A program made the position numbers and the translations under genes. A DNA stretch of 39,475 nucleotides from Candidatus Intestinimonas pullistercoris (GTDB lineage Bacteria; Bacillota; Clostridia; Oscillospirales; Oscillospiraceae), in NCBI GenBank assembly GCA_019119795.1, contig DWWJ01000091.1, positions 1 through 39,475 on the forward strand, written 5' to 3'. Numbering within the stretch: the stretch's first letter is position 1; each line of letters starts with the position of its first letter. Under the pieces are notes generated by a model. The model was given only the letters and a program-made list of their open reading frames with translations. It was not told the origin of the DNA and did no database searches. Below, piece after piece: positions 23,631 through 32,370 of this stretch.

Positions 23631-25382
23631 ATGAAAATCAAAGAAATGGCCCGGGAAAATGTATTCGTCCGAAAAGCCTTTTACCGGTTTTTCATGCCCA
23701 GCCTGCTCTCCTCCCTGGGGCTGGCCATCGGGGGACTGGCCGACTGCATTTTCGTGGGCAATACGGTCGGCTCGGTGGGACTGTCGGCCATCAGTATCGG
23801 CCAGCCGGTCTATATGCTGTTCAACACCATCAGCTATTCGCTCTCCATTGGCGGCTCCATCCGCTATGCCTCCGCCCTGAGTGAGGGAAAGGAGGAGGAG
23901 GGCAACCGCATTTTTGCCAATGTCCTCCGGACAGACCTTTTCACCAACCTCACCCTTTGCATCCTGGGCCTGCTCTTCCTGCCCCAGCTTTTGGCCTTCC
24001 TGGGGGCGGGAGCTCCGGGGACCGAGCTGTGGGAGAGCTGCGAGGCCATGGTCCGTGCTCAGCTGATGCTGGTGCCTGTGATGTTCTGTCAGGGCCCCTT
24101 TTACTATTTCGTCAACTGCGACAACAACCCCAAGCTGGCGGCAGTGGCCTTGGTCACCAGCAATACCATCGACATTGTCTTCAACTATGTCTTTGTGGTC
24201 CTGCTGGATATGGGTGTGGCCGGCTCGGTGTACTCCACCGGCCTGGGGGCCGCGGTGATGATCCTCATCAGCCTCACCCACTTTGTCCGGAAAAAGGGCT
24301 GCCTGCGGTTCACCTGGCCGAAATTTGACGGGAGCTCGGTGGTCCAGTCCTTCCGCACGGGCTTTGCCACTTCGGTCCAGTATATCTATCAATTCGTCAC
24401 CATCCTGGTGTGCAACCGCCTGCTGATGTCCATTGACGGAGAGCTGGGCGTGGCGGTCTTCGGCATTGTCTACAACGTCTCTCTGCTGGCGGCTTCGGTG
24501 TACGACGCCATCAGCATGGCCCTCCAGCCCATGGTGAGCACCTTCCACGGGGAGCGCAACAAGCACAATGTCCTGTGCACGTTGAAGCAGGCCTTCCAGG
24601 TGTCTGTTGGGCTGAGCCTGGTCCTTATCCTGATCCTGATGCTGTTTCCCAGGGGCGTGTGCTTTGCCTTCGGCCTGCGGACGGCGGAGGAGCTGTCCAT
24701 GGGCGTGGTGGCCATCCGCATCTACGCCCTGTGTGTGCTCCCCTCCGGGATCAATATGGTGAGTACCTATTACTATCAGACCCTGGGGAAGGAATTCATC
24801 AGCTATCTGATCTTTACGCTGCGCGGCTTTGTCTTTTTCCTGGCCTTCAGCCTGCTCCTGAGCCGGTGGGGGGTGGACCTGTTCTGGTGGACCTATCCCT
24901 GCATGGAGACAGCCACCCTGCTGGTGCTGTGCATCTACAACAAATGGAAGGGCTCCTGGACCTATCTGGAGGAGGACGACAGCAGGATATTTACGGCCTT
25001 CCTGGACAGCAGGACCGCTGACCTGGGCGAGGTGGAACAGGCGGTCTCCGACTATCTGGAGGGAATGGACGCCAATCCCACCCAGACCTACTTCGCCACC
25101 ATCGCCGTGGAGGAGGTCTGCGGCGTTATCTTGGACCGGGGCTTCTCGGTCAATGACGGATACATCCAGCTCACCATCGTGCCCCATGAGGACGGGACCG
25201 TGACCATCCATATCCGGGACAGCGCCCGGGAGTTCAACCCCTTTGAGATGGACACCGACGACATCAGCCTGGAGGAGGGCACCGGGCTGGACGCCATCGG
25301 CGTGAAGATGATCAAGAGCAAGGCAAAGGAATTTTTCTACCGCCGGTACGCCGGCTTCAATACCCTGATGGTGCGGGTATAG
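23631..25382 (+). CDS. MATE-family transporter fused to a degenerate C-terminal HATPase_c (RsbW-like) domain
   Basis: About 12 hydrophobic helices with LADCIFVGNTVGSVGLSAI and DIVFNYVFVVLLDMGVAGS. Tail AVEEVCGVI, IHIRDSAREFNPF, AIGVKMIK and YRRYAGFNTL. Confidence 0.85.
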   Translation: MKIKEMARENVFVRKAFYRFFMPSLLSSLGLAIGGLADCIFVGNTVGSVGLSAISIGQPVYMLFNTISYSLSIGGSIRYASALSEGKEEEGNRIFANVLRTDLFTNLTLCILGLLFLPQLLAFLGAGAPGTELWESCEAMVRAQLMLVPVMFCQGPFYYFVNCDNNPKLAAVALVTSNTIDIVFNYVFVVLLDMGVAGSVYSTGLGAAVMILISLTHFVRKKGCLRFTWPKFDGSSVVQSFRTGFATSVQYIYQFVTILVCNRLLMSIDGELGVAVFGIVYNVSLLAASVYDAISMALQPMVSTFHGERNKHNVLCTLKQAFQVSVGLSLVLILILMLFPRGVCFAFGLRTAEELSMGVVAIRIYALCVLPSGINMVSTYYYQTLGKEFISYLIFTLRGFVFFLAFSLLLSRWGVDLFWWTYPCMETATLLVLCIYNKWKGSWTYLEEDDSRIFTAFLDSRTADLGEVEQAVSDYLEGMDANPTQTYFATIAVEEVCGVILDRGFSVNDGYIQLTIVPHEDGTVTIHIRDSAREFNPFEMDTDDISLEEGTGLDAIGVKMIKSKAKEFFYRRYAGFNTLMVRV

Positions 25383-25407
25383 GCTTTACAGGCTGAGAGG
25401 AGGCAGG

Positions 25408-27492
25408 GTGGATATGAAAAAGAAGATGCGTTTTACCCTGGGGAAAAAGACAGTGCTGATGGTCCTGACCATGAGCGTCATCCTCTGCGCCACCGCGCTC
25501 TTTATCAGCTACCGGACCTATCAGGAGCGCACCACGGCCTTTTATGAGCAGCTCGGCTACAATGTGGTGCGGACGCTGGCCAGCCAGCTGGACCCGGATG
25601 AGCTGGACCACTACTATGAGACCCAGGAGATGGATGGGCGGTATTACGAGATCCAGGGCTTTATCGCCGACCTGGTGGGGAGCAGCGAGGTGGAGTACCT
25701 CTATGTCGTGCGGCCCCATGGGGTGGGGGTCACCTTCCTCTTCGACTCCGATATGGAGGCAGGGGAGAACGGGGACTACGCCTCCGGCGGCTACTGCGCG
25801 CTGGGCACCTATACCGACCTGGTGGGCGGCTTCGCGGAGAACCTGGACAAGCTGCTGGAGGGGGAGTCGGTGGACCCCATCGTCCAGAGGGACCCCAGCT
25901 ACGGCTGGATGATGACCGTCATGGTGCCGGTCCTGCACGAAAACGGCGCGATGGCCGCCTATGTGATGGCAGACTTCAACCTGGAGGACATGGTCCGGGA
26001 GCAGCAGCAGTTCCTCCTCTCCACCGGGGGCCTTTTGCTCGTCCTGACCGTGGCCTTTGCGGTGCTCTATCTGGCCCTGATCCGCCGCTTTTTTGTCCGG
26101 CCGGTCCAGCAGCTCACGGAAGCGGCCCAGAGCTATGAGGGCGGAGAAAACAAAAAGGTCTTCAGCGGGGTCAAGATCCACGGGAATGATGAGCTCAAGA
26201 CCCTGGCAGATGCCTTCCGCATGATGCTGGTGGAGATCGAGATCAACAACATGGAGCAGCAGGAGCTGGCCCTTCGGGAGCAGAGGCTGGACAGTGAGCT
26301 CCAGCTGGCCAATGAGCTCAATGTCTCCATGCTCCCCAAGGCCCTCCCGGAGCGGGAGGGGGGCTATCCCTTCGCGGTCCAGGGGTCCATCCGGCAGGGA
26401 CAGGAGCTCTCCTGCTGCTTTTATGACTACTTCCTCCTGGACCGGGACCAGCTGTGCATCCTGGTGGGGGAGGTGCCGGGAGAGGGCGTGCCCCAGGTGC
26501 TCTATACCGCCATGGCCCAGGCCACCATCAAGAGCCAGATGCGCTCCGGGCTGCCCCTGACCGAGGCGGTGACGGCGGCGGGGCGCCAGCTCCACGAGCT
26601 GAGCGACAGCCTCTGCCTCCATGTGATGGTGGGCATCCTCAACGGCACCACAGGGCAGTTCACCTGCATCAATGCCGGACTGCCCAGGCCCCTGCTGATG
26701 CGGGGCGAGGACCGCTATGAGTGGGTCAAGGCCCTCTCCTACGCCCCTCTGGGCCAGAGCGAGAACGTGGTCTATCAGGTCCTGGAGCTGGAGCTCCGGC
26801 AGGGGGACCGGCTCTTCTTCCACACCGAGGGACTGGACGAGATCGCGGGCCAGGACGGCCGGACCTTTGGAGAGGAGCAGCTCCGGCTCACCCTGAACGA
26901 GCGGCAGAGCCGCCAGGGGGACCTGGAGGTCCAGCTCCGGTATGTCAGCGACGCCGGCACGGCCTACGCCGAGCGGTCCGGCCGGATCAGGGGGTACGCC
27001 CTTCTGGGACTGGAGTACCGCCGTCGGGACCGGGCACAGGCCTACTGCATCCTCACGCCGGATGCCGCCGGAAACCAGCAGCTGCTGGAATTCCTGCGGG
27101 GGCAGCTCTCCGAAAATGCGGTGGAGAGCCAGCGCCTGGCGGAGGTGATGGTGCTGGCCGACGAGCTCTTCACCCTCTGCCGCCGCTGCGCGGCGCCGGA
27201 CAGCCGATTCCTGGCGGAGTGCGCCATCCCCGCCGGCGAGGACCTGCTGGTCCTGCGGCTGAAGGGGGACCTGGGCGGCCGGGACCCCCTGAAGGACCTA
27301 GAGGGGGGCGCGGCCTGCCATGCGGTGGAGTTCCTCGCCAAGCACTGTGAGCAGGTGTTCTTCGAGCACGGGGACTCCGTGGATATCGTCACGATGGTGC
27401 GCCGCATCGAGAGAGAAGCGGAGCGCCGGCAGAGGCGCGGATCGCGCGGGGAGGAAGGAACGGCCAATGCGGATCGCGTATCTGGGATATGA
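25408..27492 (+). CDS. Membrane sensor-HAMP-degenerate SpoIIE/PP2C phosphatase-degenerate HATPase_c protein
   Basis: Two TMs around a sensor domain, then HAMP (IHGNDELKTLADAF). PP2C-like FYDYFL, CINAG and LRQGDRLFFHTEG with the metal-binding Asp residues replaced. Tail LADELFTL..LRLKGDLGGRDPL. Start 25408 (GTG) or 25414 (ATG). Confidence 0.8.
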   Translation: MDMKKKMRFTLGKKTVLMVLTMSVILCATALFISYRTYQERTTAFYEQLGYNVVRTLASQLDPDELDHYYETQEMDGRYYEIQGFIADLVGSSEVEYLYVVRPHGVGVTFLFDSDMEAGENGDYASGGYCALGTYTDLVGGFAENLDKLLEGESVDPIVQRDPSYGWMMTVMVPVLHENGAMAAYVMADFNLEDMVREQQQFLLSTGGLLLVLTVAFAVLYLALIRRFFVRPVQQLTEAAQSYEGGENKKVFSGVKIHGNDELKTLADAFRMMLVEIEINNMEQQELALREQRLDSELQLANELNVSMLPKALPEREGGYPFAVQGSIRQGQELSCCFYDYFLLDRDQLCILVGEVPGEGVPQVLYTAMAQATIKSQMRSGLPLTEAVTAAGRQLHELSDSLCLHVMVGILNGTTGQFTCINAGLPRPLLMRGEDRYEWVKALSYAPLGQSENVVYQVLELELRQGDRLFFHTEGLDEIAGQDGRTFGEEQLRLTLNERQSRQGDLEVQLRYVSDAGTAYAERSGRIRGYALLGLEYRRRDRAQAYCILTPDAAGNQQLLEFLRGQLSENAVESQRLAEVMVLADELFTLCRRCAAPDSRFLAECAIPAGEDLLVLRLKGDLGGRDPLKDLEGGAACHAVEFLAKHCEQVFFEHGDSVDIVTMVRRIEREAERRQRRGSRGEEGTANADRVSGI

Positions 27493-28294
27493 CATCCTGC
27501 TGCCCTGCCTCAGGGCGCTGGAGGAGAGCGGGTGCTCCGTGATGGAGCTGTTCAGCTTTCCCACGGACAATGAATTTGAGTTCAACCGGGAGCTGCGGCA
27601 CTTTGCCGGGGAAAAAGGCATCCCGTTCACAGAGCGGCCCATTGGACTGGACGACATCCACCGCCTGAAGGGGGCTGGATGCGAGGCGGTCTTCTGCGCG
27701 GGCTACCTCTACCGGGTGCCGGTGGACCACAGCCTTCCCATCGTGAACATCCACCCCTCCCTCCTGCCGGTGGGCCGGGGGGGGTGGCCCATGCCGGTGA
27801 CCATCCTCCGGGGGCTGACGGAGAGCGGGGTCACCCTGCATAAAATGGAGGAGGGGTTCGATACGGGGGACATCCTGCTCCAACAGGCCTTCCCGGTGGG
27901 ACCGGAGGACGACCTGGAGACGATGACGGCCAAGATCCGGACCATCGCGGCGGACCTGTGCCGCCGGATGGCGGCCGATTTTGACCGCCTCTGGGCGGCT
28001 GGACGCCCCCAGGGAGCGGGGGAGTACTGGCCCTGTCCCCAAAAGCCGGATTACACCATCACGGCGCAGACCCCTCCCCAGGAGACGGAGCGCATCCTGC
28101 GGGCCTTTTTCGGCTTTGACTGCTATTTGAAGACGAAGGAGGCCGAATACCGGATCGTCCGGGGGGTGTTTCGCCCGGAGCCGCACGCACGCCCCTTTGG
28201 GACGGTGGAGACCCGGCCGGACGGGACAAGGCGCTACGCGGTCCGGGGCGGGATCATTGAGACAGTGGGGGAAAAGGAGGAGAGCGGAGCATGA
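27467..28294 (+). CDS. Formyltransferase (Fmt/ArnA-like N10-formyl-THF-dependent family)
   Basis: ATG at 27467. NIHPSLLPVGRGGWP and GVTLHKMEEGFDTGDIL, with the catalytic N/H/D residues present. Confidence 0.88.
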   Translation: MRIAYLGYDILLPCLRALEESGCSVMELFSFPTDNEFEFNRELRHFAGEKGIPFTERPIGLDDIHRLKGAGCEAVFCAGYLYRVPVDHSLPIVNIHPSLLPVGRGGWPMPVTILRGLTESGVTLHKMEEGFDTGDILLQQAFPVGPEDDLETMTAKIRTIAADLCRRMAADFDRLWAAGRPQGAGEYWPCPQKPDYTITAQTPPQETERILRAFFGFDCYLKTKEAEYRIVRGVFRPEPHARPFGTVETRPDGTRRYAVRGGIIETVGEKEESGA

Positions 28295-29169
28295 GGCTTG
28301 AGGAGATCGACTGGCCGCTCCAGCAGGGTGTGGAGGACCTGCGGCGGACCTATGGAAATGAGACATCCGCACACGCGTTCCCCTCGCTGTATATCTGGAA
28401 AACCGACATGAAATTGTCCCTTTTTTGCGGCAGAGAGCTCTTCGCGGTGCAGTTCGGGCTGCGGGGGGCCAACAGCTGGTTTTTCCCCTGCGGGGCCGCG
28501 CCCGCGGTGCGGTCTTTCATAGAGGAGCGGCTGCAAGAGGGAGCACAGCCGTGCTGCCTTTACTACGCACAGGCAGAGGAGGCCGCCCTTCTGGAGGAGT
28601 GGTTCCCGGGCCGGTTCCACATCCAGCGGAGTCCGGAGGATGACGAATACATCTATGACCGGAAAGAACAGCTGGAGCTCAAGGGAAAGCCCTACCGCCG
28701 CCAGCGTCACGACCTTCACCGGGCGCAGGAGCACCACTCCCTTCAGGTGTCCACCATCGGAACGGAGAATTTGGAGGAGTGCCGCCAGGTCCTGGACGGG
28801 TGGAAGGCCCGGTCCCACAGCTATGGCGAAAGCGGCTTGATGGATGTGGCGGCGGGGGAGACCATGCTCCGATATTTTAATGCGCTGCATGTTTTTGGGA
28901 TATTGGTCAAAGTGGGGAGCAGCCCGGCGGCAGTGGCGGCCGGGTATCCCCTGACCGAGAGCGTCTTTGACCTATGCGTCTGTCAGCAGATCACATCGGA
29001 CCCGGAGATTTCCACCTTCGCGCGACACGCTCTGCTGGAGAACCTGGAAGAGAGCGTGCGGGAGGTCAATGGGGAGGAGGACCTGGGGATCGAGGGGCTT
29101 CGCAACCTGAAGGAGGGACTGCGGCCCTCCCGGAAGATCGAAATGTATGCGTGTACCCAACGGGGGTAA
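28291..29169 (+). CDS. DUF2156 / aminoacyl-phosphatidylglycerol-synthase C-terminal-like (tRNA-dependent transferase fold) protein
   Basis: ATGA overlap with the formyltransferase. FPSLYIW, EYIYDRKEQLELKGKPYRRQRH and EVNGEEDLGIEGLRNLKEGLRP. Confidence 0.8.
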   Translation: MRLEEIDWPLQQGVEDLRRTYGNETSAHAFPSLYIWKTDMKLSLFCGRELFAVQFGLRGANSWFFPCGAAPAVRSFIEERLQEGAQPCCLYYAQAEEAALLEEWFPGRFHIQRSPEDDEYIYDRKEQLELKGKPYRRQRHDLHRAQEHHSLQVSTIGTENLEECRQVLDGWKARSHSYGESGLMDVAAGETMLRYFNALHVFGILVKVGSSPAAVAAGYPLTESVFDLCVCQQITSDPEISTFARHALLENLEESVREVNGEEDLGIEGLRNLKEGLRPSRKIEMYACTQRG

Positions 29170-29203
29170 GGTAAGGCAAGTCAAGACGAGTGAGGGGTCA
29201 GTT

Positions 29204-30886
29204 ATGAAATTCTCTCTGAAGAAAAAGAGCATCCTGTTTGTTCTGGTGATCGCTGTGATCCTGTCCTGCGTGGCGGTGTTTATCGGCTACCGTGTCTACT
29301 CGGATACCATGGATGAGCGCTATGAGACCATGTCCATGGACCTGGCCAAGACGGCGGCGGCCCTGGTGGACGCGGAAAAGGTCCAGGAGTACTCGGAGGC
29401 CATTCTGGAAATTTACCGCCAGAATCCCATGCCGGAGTTTGAGACGGCCCAGGAGGAGGCGGACTATTACGCCCAATATGCCCCCATCCAGGACGAGAGC
29501 TACCGGGAGATGTTCGATATCCTCCAGGATGTCAAGACAAACAACCGGGATGTCCAGTACCTCTACCTCTCCACTGTGGACCCGGAATCCCGGAGCGGCG
29601 TCTATATCCTGGATGTGGATACCAGCGAGAGCGCCTGCCCCATGGGGACCTGGGACATCATCTACCCGGAAAACTACGCGATCTTTGAGGACCCGGAGCG
29701 GGGCTTCCCCGCCTACACCACCCAGACGGAGGAGTTTGGCTGGCTCTGCTCCGCCGGCGCACCGGTCATCGCTGACGACGGCACCGTGGTGGCCTACGCC
29801 ATGATCGAGGTCTCCATGAACGATGTGATGGCGGACCGGGCCGACTTCCTGCGGAACATCAGCCTGGCGATGGCCGGCGTCACCATCCTCCTGGCGGTGA
29901 TCTTCATTCTGCTGGTCAACCGCAGCATCGTTCTGCCCATCAACCGTCTGGCGGCGGCGGCCTCCTCCTTCGTGGACGAGAAGAACGCGGAAGAGAAGGG
30001 CCCCTCCGGTATCTCCCAGCTCAATATCCACACCGGCGACGAGATCGAGGCCCTGTATGAGGCCATCAAGAAGATGGAGATCGACATCGACCAGTTCATC
30101 GTCCACATCTCCAAGATCACCGCGGAGAAGGAGCGCATCGGCGCCGAGCTCAACGTGGCCACCCAGATCCAGGCGGACATGCTGCCCCGGATCTTCCCGG
30201 CCTTCCCGGAGCGGAAGGAGTTCGACATCTATGCCACCATGAACCCCGCCAAAGAGGTGGGCGGCGATTTCTACGACTTCTTCCTGGTGGACGACGACCA
30301 TCTGGCGGTGGTCATTGCCGACGTCTCCGGCAAGGGGGTGCCGGCCGCCCTGTTCATGGTCATCGCCAAGACCCTCATCAAGAACCACGCCCAGAACAAG
30401 GAGACGCCGGGCAGCGTCTTCACCCAGGCCAATGCCCAGCTCTGTGAGGGCAACGACGCCGGGCTCTTCGTCACCGCGTGGATGGGGGTCCTGGAGATCA
30501 GCACGGGACACTTCGTCTATGTCAACGCCGGCCACAACCCGCCCCTGCTCAAGCACGCCGGCGGCGGCTATGAGTGGCTCAAGAGCCGGCCGGGCTTTGT
30601 GCTGGCCGGGATGGAGGGTGTCCGCTACCGGGAGAACTCCCTGCAGATGGAGCCCGGCGACTGCCTCTATCTCTACACGGACGGCGTCACTGAGGCTACC
30701 AACGGAGCCCAGGAGCTCTTTGGTGAGGCGCGGCTCCAGGCCGTGCTCAACGAGGCCCCCGACCTCCCGGTGGACCGCCTGCTGCCCAAGGTCAAGCAGA
30801 GCATTGATACCTTCGTGGGGGAAGCCGAGCAGTTCGACGACATTACGATGCTGGGGCTGGAGTATAAAGAAAAAGGGGGCCAGTAG
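29204..30886 (+). CDS. Membrane sensor-HAMP-SpoIIE/PP2C (RsbU-like) serine phosphatase, intact
   Basis: ATG at 29204. Two TMs and HAMP (IHTGDEIEAL). PAKEVGGDFYDF, IADVSGKGVPAALFM, NAGHNPP, LYTDGVTEA and QFDDITML. Confidence 0.95.
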   Translation: MKFSLKKKSILFVLVIAVILSCVAVFIGYRVYSDTMDERYETMSMDLAKTAAALVDAEKVQEYSEAILEIYRQNPMPEFETAQEEADYYAQYAPIQDESYREMFDILQDVKTNNRDVQYLYLSTVDPESRSGVYILDVDTSESACPMGTWDIIYPENYAIFEDPERGFPAYTTQTEEFGWLCSAGAPVIADDGTVVAYAMIEVSMNDVMADRADFLRNISLAMAGVTILLAVIFILLVNRSIVLPINRLAAAASSFVDEKNAEEKGPSGISQLNIHTGDEIEALYEAIKKMEIDIDQFIVHISKITAEKERIGAELNVATQIQADMLPRIFPAFPERKEFDIYATMNPAKEVGGDFYDFFLVDDDHLAVVIADVSGKGVPAALFMVIAKTLIKNHAQNKETPGSVFTQANAQLCEGNDAGLFVTAWMGVLEISTGHFVYVNAGHNPPLLKHAGGGYEWLKSRPGFVLAGMEGVRYRENSLQMEPGDCLYLYTDGVTEATNGAQELFGEARLQAVLNEAPDLPVDRLLPKVKQSIDTFVGEAEQFDDITMLGLEYKEKGGQ

Positions 30887-30887
30887 G

Positions 30888-31304
30888 ATGGCGGAAAAGA
30901 GATTTCCCGCGACAGACGACCAGCTCGAACAGGTGCAGGCGTTCGTGGCCCAGCAGCTGGAGGCCTATGACTGCCCCGCCCGGGTGAAGTTCCAGCTGGA
31001 TGTGGCGGTGGAGGAGATCTTCATCAACATCGCCCACTATGCCTATCAGCCCGGGCAGAATGGGACGGCCACGGTGCGCTGCTGTGTGGGAGGAGACCCC
31101 CTCCAGGTGACCATCCAGTTCCTGGACAGCGGGAAGCCCTTTGACCCCCTGGCCAGGGAGGATGCGGACACCACGCTCTCGGCCGAGGACCGGGGGATCG
31201 GCGGCCTGGGCATCCTGATGGTGAAGAAGAGCATGGACGCGGTGGGCTACGCCTATGAAAACGGAAGCAACGTGCTGACCATCAAAAAGAACCTGACACA
31301 ATAG
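30888..31304 (+). CDS. RsbW/SpoIIAB-like anti-sigma-factor serine kinase (HATPase_c_2)
   Basis: ATG at 30888 immediately after the PP2C stop. AVEEIFINIAHYAY (N box), FLDSGKPFDP (G1), IGGLGILMVKKSMD (G2) and GSNVLTI. Confidence 0.93.
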   Translation: MAEKRFPATDDQLEQVQAFVAQQLEAYDCPARVKFQLDVAVEEIFINIAHYAYQPGQNGTATVRCCVGGDPLQVTIQFLDSGKPFDPLAREDADTTLSAEDRGIGGLGILMVKKSMDAVGYAYENGSNVLTIKKNLTQ

Positions 31305-31423
31305 GGAATATGGGATTTCTGGTCGGCCGAACCGTCTGCCGGGGCCATGGGGCGCTGCCCGCAAGGTATGGCCCAGACAAGGGCGGAGCGGGGTGAAAAG
31401 CAGGCACGGCTGCTGCTCCCATA

Positions 31424-31432
31424 TGGTACAAT
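31424..31432 (+). promoter_or_regulatory. Possible extended -10 promoter for the GNAT/effector operon
   Basis: TGgTACAAT about 40 bp upstream of the GNAT start. No convincing -35 element. Confidence 0.4.
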
Positions 31433-31473
31433 AAGGACAGAGAACAGACAGCGGAGAGAGGGGGCGCACTGGC

Positions 31474-32370
31474 ATGGAGTGGAGCATCCGGACCCTGGAC
31501 CGGGGAGAGCTGCCGGGCTTTCGGCCTTATCTGCTGCCGGAGACGGCGCGGGGCCTGGAGCGGCGGGCGGACGGCCTTTTGGCCCTGGGGGCGGTGACGG
31601 TCCGCAGCGCCTGCGGCGCGGCGGCGGTCCGCCGGTCCGGCACATCCGCGGAGCTCACCGACCTCTTTGTGGACGCCTCTGTCCGAAGGAGGGGGGCCGG
31701 GAGGGCCCTGCTGGAGGAGCTGATCCGGCGGCTGGAGGCAGAGGGGGCGGCCCGGCTCTCGGCCGACTATGTCCTCCGGGGGGAGGAGCTGGCGGCCATG
31801 GACCATCTGCTGGACACCTGCGGCTTTTCCGCCCCTCAGAGGCGGTCCCGGGTCTTTCAGGTCCCCTCGGAGCGGTTCCACGATGACCCCCGGCTCGGGG
31901 CGGCCTTTTCCCCCCAGTACCGGACGCCCCTCGGGGTCTGCGCCCTGGGAGAGGTGTCGGCGGCGGCCCTGGAGGAGCTTGAGACGGCGGAGGATATTCC
32001 CGAACACCTGGCCTGGGCGAGCCTCCGGGACCGGGCGCTGCCCGAGCTGTCCGTGGGGATGCTCCGGGAGGGCAGGGTGGCGGCCTACCTGCTGGCCGAG
32101 GAGGGGGGCGGCGGCTGCGTGCTGCTCTCCGCCGTCCGCCGGGCGGCGGCGCCGCCCACGGCCTTCCAGAGCCTGCTGCTGGAGCTGCTGAACCGGAGCT
32201 GGTACCGCTTCGGCGGCGATTTTCCCTTCTATTTTTCCGCCCTCACCCCCAAGGTGGAGCGGCTGGCCCTCCTGCTCATGGGGGACCGATATGAGGACTA
32301 CGAGGAACACACCTGTGCCCGGAAGCTGATTTCCCAGGCCGGGCCCCGGAAAGAGGAGGGACCATTGTAA
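31474..32370 (+). CDS. GNAT-family acetyltransferase-like protein
   Basis: AELTDLFVDASVRRRGAGRALL (acetyl-CoA motif A) and LLDTCGF. The C-terminal half may be a second, degenerate GNAT. Confidence 0.78.
   Translation: MEWSIRTLDRGELPGFRPYLLPETARGLERRADGLLALGAVTVRSACGAAAVRRSGTSAELTDLFVDASVRRRGAGRALLEELIRRLEAEGAARLSADYVLRGEELAAMDHLLDTCGFSAPQRRSRVFQVPSERFHDDPRLGAAFSPQYRTPLGVCALGEVSAAALEELETAEDIPEHLAWASLRDRALPELSVGMLREGRVAAYLLAEEGGGGCVLLSAVRRAAAPPTAFQSLLLELLNRSWYRFGGDFPFYFSALTPKVERLALLLMGDRYEDYEEHTCARKLISQAGPRKEEGPL

Noticed and set aside
27467-28294. Housekeeping methionyl-tRNA formyltransferase (fmt)
   Set aside because: It lacks the usual N-terminal FMGTP motif and the def/priA/rsmB context, so only the family is called.
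21369-30556. Long minus-strand ORFs (21369-23183, 23232-25211, 25357-26823, 29198-30556)
   Set aside because: Antisense shadows of the ATPase, MATE and PP2C genes, with no independent evidence.
30315-30887. N-terminal extension of the RsbW-like ORF in the ORF track (likewise the extensions at 10826, 13365, 16467, 27320 and 29147)
   Set aside because: They overlap upstream genes. Downstream starts with RBS-like sequences coincide with where the recognisable domains begin.
31308-31424. Short inverted repeats in the RsbW-GNAT intergenic region (atatggga/tcccatat; gggccat/atggccc)
   Set aside because: Only 7-8 bp, with no U tract and no recognisable RNA family. Could be chance.
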